From contig NIVC01002278.1 in the NCBI GenBank assembly GCA_002269645.1, forward strand, positions 123,816 through 187,815: a stretch of DNA of 64,000 bases. Reading direction: 5' to 3'. Shown here piece after piece: positions 13,301-23,364 of this stretch. Made by a program: the position numbers and the translations under genes. Under the pieces are notes generated by a model that was given only the letters and a program-made list of their open reading frames with translations, had not been told where the DNA came from and did no database searches. Source of the DNA: Macrostomum lignano (Eukaryota). Each line of letters begins with the position of its first letter. Position 1 is the stretch's first letter.

Positions 13301-14045
13301 GCTTGGCGTCCTTGGTTACCATCGGGCGGAGGTCTCTGACTGAAGCTGTCGCCAGCCCAAGCGACTGCTACGCGGCCCTGATAGCCGTCTCGATTTACCC
13401 ATTGATTAAATCCCGCGGGATTCGAATTCCGGACTACTGACGAGCGTCCTTGGTAACCACCGGTTTGCTCTAGGCGTTGACTAAAGCCTAGGCTCTGTTG
13501 CACCGAAGGTATGACCTGAGACGACGGCTGGTACATAGCTGCAATGCAATAGTCATATGGACTGGCTAAAATAAAAGATCTAAGTGATCTAAGACTTGAA
13601 AGGTCTAAATAATGGCCAATACCACTGATTTGACAGAAGCATAGGACTACTAATTGATAGGAACAAGGACTACTAAATCACATTTGGCGAGGACCACTGG
13701 TTTGACAAGACCAAAGACCAATAAATCTCAATGGCCGTGGACCACTGACTTGACAGGGCCGAGGACCACTAAGTTAATAGGACAAGGTCAAGGACCACTG
13801 CATCGAATTGGTCACATTGGTCACAATTACAATGACAGAATATCACAAAAACTACTATAATTAAATTGGCCAAGGACCACTAAAACCAACAAGAGACAAA
13901 AACGCGACTCACAGCCAGACTGCCAGGACATGACGGGTTGCGAGCTGTGCCGAGAAAACAGCGGCCGATCGCGAGTGTCGTCAAATGCCGGCACAGAATC
14001 GCCGCCGCCGATGGCCGCGCCGCGCCTACTGGCATTGAAGTTCAT
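10307..14045 (-). CDS. Uncharacterised multi-exon protein: SQ/FSQ-rich N-terminus, predicted coiled coil, basic segment; 3' end unresolved
   Basis: Exons 14045-13913, 13538-12642, 12441-12361 and 10446-10307 all have GT/AG boundaries (gtgagt, gtgagt, gtgagc, gtagga donors). They join in matching phases (1,1,1,0) with no stop. Confidence 0.75.
10590..11954. repeat. 33-34-bp G-rich minisatellite (intronic)
   Basis: Unit gatgtgacagggggtggaggatggataggggcgg, with a related variant in the first block. Confidence 0.97.
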
Positions 14046-14439
14046 CGGTATGAGCTCAGCAACACCTGGCCAGCATTAAGCCGCTGAAAAAAATAATACT
14101 AAACATATTGAAATTCATTCACTGATACTACTAGCGTTCAATGCTAAAAAAATAACAATATCGTCATAGCTAGAAATGTTAGCGCCATAGATTTGCCAGC
14201 CTGTAAAGCGGGCAATGTTGCGAGAAAAGACAACGGAGCATTTCTGAGCGCATAGAACTGTCCTGTTACCAGGTACAATATTAATGCGTGGCTAGCCATA
14301 TTAACCATATAGCGAAATTTCACTATAATCGAACCGTGCATCACTCAAGACCGGGAGGCAATATGCTGGGCCTAAGGGCGTATTAACTATGCGTGTCTTG
14401 TATTAAGGCCCTCGTCTTTTATTTCATCGGTTAAGGAAT

Positions 14440-14930
14440 CCAGGGGAAGCTATGAGTCAATGGGTCAAGGGATCCAGGGGAATCCATGAGTCAATGGGTC
14501 AAGGGATCCAGGGGAATCCATGAGTCAATGGGTCAAGGGATCCAGGGAACCTATCAGTCCATGGATCAAGGGATCCAGGGGAATCCATGAGTCAATGGGT
14601 CAAGGGATCCAGGGGAATCCATGAGTCAATGGGTCAAGGGATCCAGGGAACCTATCAGTCCATGGATCAAGGGATCCAGGGGAATCCATGAGTCAATGGG
14701 TCAAGGGATCCAGGGGAATCCATGAGTCAATGGGTCAAGAATCCAGGGGAATCCATGAGTCAATGGGTCAAGGGATCCAAGGGAATCCATGAGTCAATGG
14801 GTCAAGAATCCAGGGGAATCCATGAGTCAATGGGTCAAGGGATCCAAGGGAATCCATGAGTCAATGGGTCAAGAATCCAGGGGAATCCATGAGTCAATGG
14901 GTCAAGTTACCCATGAGTCAATGGGTCAAT
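14440..14930. repeat. 34-bp minisatellite
   Basis: Unit ggaatccatgagtcaatgggtcaagggatccagg; period 34 (14481 to 14515). Confidence 0.95.
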
Positions 14931-16129
14931 TCCTCAAATGAATCGAGTTGGGGGTTAATCAGAAAACACTTACTTAGCTGCTCAGTCTAATTTAAAAAGC
15001 CGTGATGGCTAAATAGCATGTCTGGCCAAGCATTTGAAAAAAGGCGCTGGTCACTGATTTGACTGGCAACGCCGCAAAGTCTGAATCGCTTGTCCGGAAT
15101 ATAGTTAATGTGCCCCGCGCAATTGATAAACGGCCATTGTTTTCGTAGAAAAATTGGCATAAAGCCAGCCGCATACCACTCAAGCTTGGGGTAGGCCTAT
15201 TGCTGATATGCAATATAAATGTTTAATTAATAACTAATCTATACCTAAAAAATTTTTTTCAGAAAACAAAATTTATGTAAGAGGCATAAAAATTGAAACA
15301 ATAATAATAAATACAAATAATTTAAATTTGTTTATTTGCACTTGTCCATTTTCAATTCGGCCTACACAGAGAGGCTTAATAATAGTTTAGGGCGCGAGCC
15401 ATCAAGCTGCTGCAATGCTGCTGTTGTAAAAATAGCACAGTTTCTCAGGTACAAAAATATGCGACTAATGCTAACATTAGAAGCTTAGTATTAGATAGAG
15501 AAAATGCATACACAAAATTAGACGGCATCAAAGCCAAAAGCATAATTCATTGGAATAAGTTATTAGCTATTAACTTTCCAGCCTAGATAATACTTGATGC
15601 ACAAAAATTTTGAGCATGGAAGCCATTAGAGAGCTGCACTACTTACTGATAGTAATATAAAGCTTAGCAACGCAATTTAAACAATTTGTACGTAATTCTC
15701 GATTTGAATGATAAATACAACAACAACGAAATAAAAGCGGTAACAGGTAGCAATCAATTAAGACTTTGTGGGGTAATAAATAATTTAAAGTTAAAATACT
15801 AGAATTACTGCATAGATATGTCATTTATGCATATCTACTATTTTTTTCAGTAGCAGTAGCAGGAATAGCGTTTTATCTATTAAAATTTAATGTTATTGAA
15901 ACTAGATTTTTAGATCAATTCTATTTGCATCTTCATCCTGTTTTACGACTGCAGACTGTCTCAGACTAGAAATTATTTAGGATGAAAAATGAATTCAGAC
16001 TGAAGATTTCAGAAAAACTTGAAAAACCGAAATCCAGTGCGTGTAAATAGCAAGCAAGAAAGAAAAGGGGTGGCGCCCCAGCCCGCTCGATAAACAGTTA
16101 GGCTTTTCTCTTGCCCGCTGATTACGCCT

Positions 16130-16345
16130 ATGACCTCTCCCCTCACTGCTCTCTCATTGGCTGAGCCAGATTGGGCCTGTCCCCTAGGCTAAGTTTCGTC
16201 CGCCTGACCCAGACCTCTCCCCTTACTGCTCTCTCATTGGCTGAGCCAGATTGGGCCTGTCCCCTAGGCTAAGTTTCGTCCAGATGACTCAGACCTCTCC
16301 CTTTACTGTTTTTTCATTGGCTGAGCTAGATTGGGCCTGCGTCCT
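16130..16345. repeat. 80-bp tandem repeat, about 2.7 copies
   Basis: gacctctccc recurs at 16132, 16212 and 16292. Confidence 0.9.
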
Positions 16346-17037
16346 AGACACTTGTGTACATCGAGTTAAATACTTGCTGCTAATTCCTAACCCCTATGCT
16401 CCTGAGGCCGCAAACCCGAAGAAGGAAAGGAAATTTTAACTGCCACATTAAATTCAAGTGAAACTGCGCGAACAAACTACAGAAAAGAAGTAGACGCTCT
16501 ACTTTTTTTCACAAATTTAATTGCGAGTGGAACACGTATAGTTAGTCTACTACTAGTATATGTGGCTTTAGATTTAGTTATATAGATTTCAGCGGCTCAT
16601 ACGCCAATCGCATAAATAAATTGTTTATAAACAGCAACATTATACTAGTAGGTAGTAACAAGCTGCATTAATACCAAGAGGCTCGTTATTGACACCAATC
16701 TACTGACTAGCTAGGTCCAATTACCATCCAATTCCTACAAGAATATATGCAGCATTTTCCATTTTAAAGAACTACTTGGGATTTAACTTTTACACTCATA
16801 CGTGCCATGAAATAATTGTCAATGAGAAGGGAGGGAAATGCTTCTGGTACATTTATAATTTTGACAAAGAGCCAAACCTAATAAATAATAAAGCAAATTG
16901 AATGAGAATATATCCAGCAAAATATTATAATTGAACACTCTTATAGTACACAAACGCAGTACGCAAAATTGAAGAGTCCAGAAAACAGTGGTCCCATTTG
17001 TCTGTTTTTAATAGCAATACTGGCTGGCTGGCAGGAT

Positions 17038-18630
17038 TCATCGACCAACGGCGACAATGTCCATCTGCTCGAACTCGTCGACGGTAGCTCCGACGCCGAC
17101 GTTGCCGCCGCCAGGGATGATCACCGCGGCAGCCGCGTCTGTTGGCAGCTGGACTCGGAGCGGCCGGACTGGCGAGGCCGGCAGGCACCAGTCCAGCAGT
17201 GGCGGGCTACCAGCCGGCGGCCGAGCCCGGAACTTGACGCCGCCGTCGACATCATCGTCGGTGTTGCTGTTGTCGTCGTCTCCCATAGTCGGCTCCGGCG
17301 AAACCATGGCAAGGCCGCGGCCAACAGTGTGCCCGACCGGGTCCTCCTCCATGGCCTCTTCAGTGTAGCCTTCGATCTCTTGATCAGCTGCCAAGTCATC
17401 CTCGTCAGATTCGGCCGCTGAATAATTAGACGAAGGCGGCGGCAACGGCCGGCGAAGGCTTCGATAAGGGCTGGGCAGCAGAAGGCCAGGAAGCGGAGGC
17501 GGCGACGGCTGCGGCGCTGCCTGGTGGCCTGACGCGGCCGCGGCCTCGGTGCTGGACGCTGTGGAAGCTTCGCGACCACGTCGGCGACCGCTGTGCGCAG
17601 CCGGCGGACTCGACGACAGCGAGGAGTTCTGCGCTGCCTGATGCTGTTGAGATCGTGTAGCCATTAGTCTACAAGCCAGCACGGATAGGGCTGGCGCTGA
17701 GCATGGACTCACGTACTGATTAGTAACCAAGTGTTCAGCAAGCGAGCGCATCGATGAAAATTCGGTGCCAAGTAGTTTTTGAGCCCATTGGACCACAACG
17801 GAGTCGTGTAAGCCGCCGCCGCCGCTGCTGAGGCTACAATCTTCATCTGAAGAAGCCTGCTGTGCAGCAGCCGCAGCAGCAGCCGTGGCCAAGGAGCCTG
17901 ACGGCGCAAGCAGTTCAGTCAGTCGTGGCTGCGGTGGACAGGCCTGCTTGCGGAGGCCGCCGTAGCAGTACTTGGACTGTCCCCGCTGGCCAAGCCGGCG
18001 AGGTTTAACGCCGGGAAAGGCGCGCTTCATAGCTTTGCCAAAATCGGCCGTGTTTAAAGGCTTACAACCGTGGGCCTCGCAATACTGCTTATAGTCTGAA
18101 TAGACTTCGTCTTTGCGCAGACAGACTGTCGGATCCTCTTCTAAGTGGCTGAGAATCCACGTGTGCGCGTGCGCCTGCTCAGCCTGGTTGCTAAGCTGCA
18201 GCGGTTGCTGATGCTGCGACTGGCCAGACAGGCACTGATCGCCAGGGGCTCCGCCTCCGCCAGGAAGTTGCAGATATAAAAGCAGCTTCTCTAGGTCTGA
18301 TAGAGAGCGTACAGAGTCTAGAATGGAGCAGACTCGCTCCCGCGCTTCAACTGACACGTCAGATTCAAGATCGTCGCGCAGTGTATCCATTAACGGCGTG
18401 GCGCCGCGACTGGAGTGGCTACCGCTGCTGGCGCTAGCACTGGCGCCAGCACATTCGGCTGCTGGCTCAGTAACTTCTCGCTTCATCGAGACAATAGTTG
18501 GACTAAAAATGTTCATATTGCTACTGGCAGTAGCAGACGATAGTACAGAAGAAAATGCTGCATTTTTTTGTTGGGCACTGGCAAAATTGCCGCTGCCTAT
18601 TATTTTAGTTGCGGCGTTGCTGACCGGCAT
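17038..18630 (-). CDS. RFX7: RFX5/RFX7-type winged-helix transcription factor, 530 aa, single coding exon
   Basis: LSDLEKLLLYLQLP N-terminal motif. The RFX DNA-binding domain (WILSHLEEDPTVCLRKDEVYSDY...FGKAMKRAFPGVKPRRLGQRGQSKYCYGGLRK) and the downstream QWAQKLL...LAEHLV segment match the RFX5/7 subfamily as I recall it. Confidence 0.88.
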   Translation of the reverse strand: MPVSNAATKIIGSGNFASAQQKNAAFSSVLSSATASSNMNIFSPTIVSMKREVTEPAAECAGASASASSGSHSSRGATPLMDTLRDDLESDVSVEARERVCSILDSVRSLSDLEKLLLYLQLPGGGGAPGDQCLSGQSQHQQPLQLSNQAEQAHAHTWILSHLEEDPTVCLRKDEVYSDYKQYCEAHGCKPLNTADFGKAMKRAFPGVKPRRLGQRGQSKYCYGGLRKQACPPQPRLTELLAPSGSLATAAAAAAAQQASSDEDCSLSSGGGGLHDSVVVQWAQKLLGTEFSSMRSLAEHLVTNQYVSPCSAPALSVLACRLMATRSQQHQAAQNSSLSSSPPAAHSGRRRGREASTASSTEAAAASGHQAAPQPSPPPLPGLLLPSPYRSLRRPLPPPSSNYSAAESDEDDLAADQEIEGYTEEAMEEDPVGHTVGRGLAMVSPEPTMGDDDNSNTDDDVDGGVKFRARPPAGSPPLLDWCLPASPVRPLRVQLPTDAAAAVIIPGGGNVGVGATVDEFEQMDIVAVGR

Positions 18631-19484
18631 AAATGCGAATTGTGAATCTATAGAACTAGTACCCTATATGCTACAGCATTTAAGCAAACCCCCTTATGAA
18701 TTTCACTTTTACTTTCAACAAACAATTTTAAGATGCTGTAAAGGGGAAGTTTAAAACATCTAAATAAGAAATGCATATGCCAGTCTCTACAACAATTCTA
18801 TGAAGCTCTATAAAGACTTAAAGGCTTATATTAAGTATAATTTACTATCAAGCCTATGATACTGAATACAGAAAAATACTGATTCACTGGGCAGTATGAA
18901 ACTACAATATAACAAATTTTGCAATAGTGCAGTGTAGCATTAAAATTTGAATTTTTGTGACAGACAGTTATATGCTGTCTGCATGGCTATTTGTAGTTAG
19001 GCTTGATTAAGAATATATACTCAGCAACATTGAAAAGTCGCCACTCTATGCGCCATGTGAGCAATTTCTCTTGGACTATTCTGAAATAAAAGATACAAGA
19101 AAACTGATCGAGGTAGCTTTAATCCGTCCAACTCCCGCACACCACTCCCCCCACTTCATTCCTCAACTTAAGTCTGCCACGGCGTAGCTGAGTTGCGTCA
19201 CTCGCCAAGATTGAGACTTTTACCTGCACTCTCAAAAGTGGCAACCACATATGGAATCTTTTTTGATGGCGACTTTTCAGTGCAAAAAAACACTTTTTGT
19301 ATTTATGATGTATGATTCATGGTAAATTGCTCTAGATAGTTGTTTATTGTTTATTGTTTTGTTTATAATTGTTTATAATTTGAATTTTTAGCAAAGTCTA
19401 ATCCCGATGCCAATTAAAGTTCATTGCCACTTTTATAGAATTCTACTAGTCATATAAATGCATTGCTTCAACAATGTTGTGGGA

Positions 19485-19790
19485 AAAAATTATTCCCACG
19501 GCATATATAAAAGATAGAGCAGCTATCTGATCAGTTTGCCATGTGGATAAGCAGAAAATTATTCCCACGGCATATATAAAAGATAGAGCAGCTATCTGAT
19601 CAGTTTGCTATATAGATAAGCAGAAAATTATTCCCACTGCATATGTAGAAGATAGGATAGCTATCTCGTCAGTATGCCATGCAGATAAGCAGAAAATTAT
19701 TCTCACAGCATATATAGAAGATAGGGCAGCTATCTCATCAGTATGCCATGCGGATAAGCAGAAAATCATTCTCATGGAACCATGGGGAGA
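19485..19790. repeat. 69-bp tandem repeat, about 4.3 copies, each with an internal agatag...ctatct inverted repeat
   Basis: tattc(c/t)cac recurs at 19491, 19560, 19629 and 19698. Confidence 0.9.
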
Positions 19791-20241
19791 TAAGCACTAC
19801 CTTAAAATAAAAGGATATTATAATCTTTTAAAATTATACAATATATTACACTATGTATAAACCAACTAGAAGTATTTATTTTTCCTTTTACTTTTTTAAA
19901 ATGAGCAACTCAATTAGGCTCATTGTAATGAATACTAAATAACAAAGCTAGGTAAAGGTACAAATGGGTTATAAGTTAATTTTATTAGCTTAATGTGCCT
20001 GCTAAAACTTTTAGCAATAATGTGGTGAAAGCAATTGAATCCTAGGCAAACCCAGATAAATGCGAATGGAGTTTGAATCTAAATTCTAATGAGCTAATCA
20101 ATGTATATATAGTTGTAATGACCTATTTAGATATTTGAAATTTTTGGCAATCTATTAAGTCTAATATATAGAGAGCAATAGACAATCTCACTCTGAGCTC
20201 CACACAATGCATGCTTAGAAAGAAACCCAACTCAAATTATA

Positions 20242-20909
20242 TGTACAGGGCCCTTCCCGATTTCTTTCTAAAAATAGCTATCGTTTATTACACTTTAAAT
20301 TCACGCCAAAAACTACGACGCATTTTTGTTTTAATATTCGTGTTTTGTATAATATTTTACGCGAACTAATTTTTGTTTAAAATCTACTAGAATTTTACTA
20401 TAAATACAAGCAAATTCGGCGGAGGGAGAACCAACCTCGCGCATCGCGGTTCGCAATCATACCGATTAATAGCAGTTAATAAGAGTTCCGAGAAAATAAG
20501 AATTGAAGAAGTGTTTTCTGTTTTCATTCCTTAAGAAGTAAGAGTGAAGTAGACGAAGGTGTGTACCGTATATACTACTAAGAAGGAAAGTGTTGAGTAG
20601 TAAGAAATACCCAGACCTATTCTAAGAAACATTTCTCGGATTATTCTAAGATTGATAAACTCACAATTTATTAATAGGATAATCCTGGTGGCAGCTACCA
20701 ACCTAAGAAGAACACTTAAGAGATTAGTAAATTAGCCCTGTGATAGCTTTTGGTGACAGTGTGAAATTACTATTAAGAAGAAAGAATCACCCCTGAAACA
20801 ACTTTGGTGGCAGCTAGTAAGGCTAGCAAAAGGAATAATTAAGAGCCCTACGACAGCTTTTGGTACCAGCAGTGGGATAACTAAAGAGGGAAGCAAACCC
20901 CCTGTTACA
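20242..20909 (+). repeat. 5' LTR (668 bp)
   Basis: Starts tgtacaggg and ends ccccctgttaca; TATA box tataaata at 20399. About eight substitutions versus the 3' LTR by eye. Confidence 0.93.
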
Positions 20910-21001
20910 GCTTTTGGTGGCAGCGTAAAGGATCAGAGAAACGGCGAAGAACTCCGACAGTTGAAGATCATCAGTAAGAAATTTTAAGATTAAGAAGAGA
21001 G

Positions 21002-21595
21002 ATGGCTAATGCCAATGATGCAATCGCTAGGCTAGCTGAAGAGCTGTCAAAGAAGCTAGGATTAGGAACGGAGAAGCAATTAGAGATTGAGAAGTACACA
21101 CTTGACAAAAACATCAGGCAGTGGATCAATGCATTCGAGCAACAATGCAGGATGCAAGGACTGAATGGAGAAAAACGAAAAGTAGCCCTTTTCGCCAATC
21201 TGGATATCCCAGAAGAATTGAAGCGGAGGATGAGCCATAGACAAGACCAGCAGCACTATCAAGACATTAGGCGACAAGTTATTGAGCAGTTCGAAAGGAA
21301 GCAGCAGAAGCAGGAGGAGAATGGAGTCCAAGCCCTAGTCGAGTGCTTGATGACCCTAACGGTCATTCTGACAAATGTAAATTTAGGATTAAACCCAGAA
21401 CAGCAGCAGCAGCAGTACCAGTACCAGACAGCGCCAAAACCGCGCCCGCCGCACAGATTCAGTGGCGCCAGACCAGAGCTAAGCCCTGGTCATTGCTTCT
21501 TCTGCGGGAAGCCAGGACCAATCAGGCCACAAGCAGGTCACAGATGCAGAGTGAATCTAGGAGAAGCCAGACAGCGAGCTCAGGAGAAAGGGTGA
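21002..21595 (+). CDS. Truncated Gag-like protein (197 aa)
   Basis: Follows the PBS. Capsid-N-like pattern KY..D..IRQWINAFEQQC..QG.....K; degenerate zinc knuckle CFFCGKPG(P). Confidence 0.7.
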   Translation: MANANDAIARLAEELSKKLGLGTEKQLEIEKYTLDKNIRQWINAFEQQCRMQGLNGEKRKVALFANLDIPEELKRRMSHRQDQQHYQDIRRQVIEQFERKQQKQEENGVQALVECLMTLTVILTNVNLGLNPEQQQQQYQYQTAPKPRPPHRFSGARPELSPGHCFFCGKPGPIRPQAGHRCRVNLGEARQRAQEKG

Positions 21596-22118
21596 GATTA
21601 GAGCCTGTAAGCACGAAGCGATTATGCGAAGAAGATTATACATGTATATAGTATCAATAAAAAAACATAAAAATCTATAAAATCATCTAAAAAGAAAAGA
21701 AAAATGTTAATCATTAGCATTGTATAATGTAGGAAACGCACGCAATTGCTTACTGGAACCCTAAAAGGGCCGTTTTGACAAAGAAAATTCAGAAAATCAA
21801 CAAAAACAGGTTTAATTCGGTTAGTTAGGCTGCTCAGAAAGTAAGATAGGAAGTCTACAATAAGAGTCGGAGTAGTGAGAAGCTCTGTGGAGAAGAAATA
21901 ATTAAAGAATTAATGTAATAAACTCTGACAATAGGCAGTAGAGAGACGCGAATACAGGACGCTGAGAAGTTGAATTGAAGAAGAAGACGAGGGATTTGAA
22001 AAGAGAAGCACGAGAATTTGAGAGGAATTGAGAATTAGAGAAGAAAAGGTGTGTTAGAAGCAAGAGGTAGACTAAAGACTTTTTGTTACCATTGAGTGAC
22101 GTAGTCTAGTCACACCCT

Positions 22119-22928
22119 CAAGCGCTAATAGACACCAAGTTGAAGAAGAGAATCAAGAGTAGTCGAGAAGCGAATTTGAAGAAGTGAATTCATGAGAAGA
22201 ATTCGAAGAAAAATCGAGAAGAAGTACAGAAGCAAAGTCAAAGAAGTGAAACAGAAGAATTGAGAGTTTGATAAAGTGAGGAGACAGGAGAAAATTGTGA
22301 GAAAAAGCCAAGAAAAATCCGATCAGCTATCTTTTTGTGTCCCTCTTTAGATCAGATATCATTGCTGTCTAAATGGATGCGATAGTCTGTGAAGAACAAA
22401 AAAATACGAGAAAATTCGAGAGATGAGAAAAGAGAGAATTTGTCAGAGAAAATCTAAAAATAGAAAGAACGGAAATTTCTTGATCCCGCTTAGAAAGGCA
22501 CGGCTCAGCCATTTTAAAGACCTTTCTCAAGGATCCTGAAAATCGGAAAGAGACATTTGAAAGATGGAATACTGGAAGGAGTGCTCACTGTTCTTTTGGA
22601 GAAAGCAAGGTAGTCCACTGACAGCCAATTTTAGCCCATTCCTGAGAACATAGCATTTTTCGGAAAGTAAAGGCTTGAAACCAAACTAATTCAATAATTG
22701 CATAACTAACTATCGAATAGAGAAGAAATTGAGCAAGAAGATGAGTCAACAGATAGTGAGAAAACTGAGCCAGCCGAAACAGATGACGCATTAGAATTAG
22801 ATAGGAGAGAAAGAAATGAAGACGAAAGGATTGAGCACAGGCCGCATTATAATTTGAGACCAAGAAGTGAGAGAGTTGTCACCTCAGGATTCGCCCCCCG
22901 CAGGCGATACGGCCATTATCTGAAATGA
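22119..22928 (+). pseudogene. Decayed pol remnants
   Basis: ALIDT (protease-like) at 22122-22136. KVVH* near 22620. An ATG-less 72-codon frame at 22710-22928 has an acidic tail and HYNLRPR, typical of gypsy integrase C-termini. No RT is recognisable. Confidence 0.5.
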
Positions 22929-23162
22929 TCGAATTTGTACCATGCCAAGTATTAAATTGTAAATAGAATTTGCTTAAAAAATTGCTCTGTATATAGAAAT
23001 CTGTTGTAAATAATAAAAATTGACAAAAATATAAAAACTTTAAAAATATAAAAACACAAAAACATTGCGCATTACTAGTAGTAGAAATGAGAGAATTGTG
23101 TGAAGGAATCCGAAGACAATAAATAATCCTAGCAACGCTTAGCAACGGTGCGCTGCTCTGAG

Positions 23163-23324
23163 CCAATGAGAGCCCGCGAAGCGAACGCTAGAAAGCCACT
23201 ATGGTTGACGGACACTTGACCCCATTAAAACCCCTTCGAAAGCGCGAACACAACGATGCGGTCCAGTTTCTCGGCTGGCCGCATATAAATACGAAACCCC
23301 ATAGAGCTCCCAGAGCATCATATT
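23163..23324 (+). promoter_or_regulatory. Internal Pol II promoter for the accessory ORF
   Basis: CCAAT at 23163, TATAAAT at 23284, and an Inr-like tcatatt about 30 nt downstream (23318), 40 nt before the ATG at 23365. Confidence 0.55.
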
Positions 23325-23364
23325 TCACAACATTTAGCTATCAATTAAGGAGCTGTCTTGTATA

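Noticed and set aside
19520-19760. RFX X-box autoregulatory sites (gtttgccatgtggataa)
   Set aside because: Needs extra bases and lacks the terminal AC of the X-box consensus; too weak.
20677-20932. CRISPR array (conserved repeats with unique spacers)
   Set aside because: Eukaryotic context, no cas genes, and the repeats are explained as LTR end plus PBS modules.
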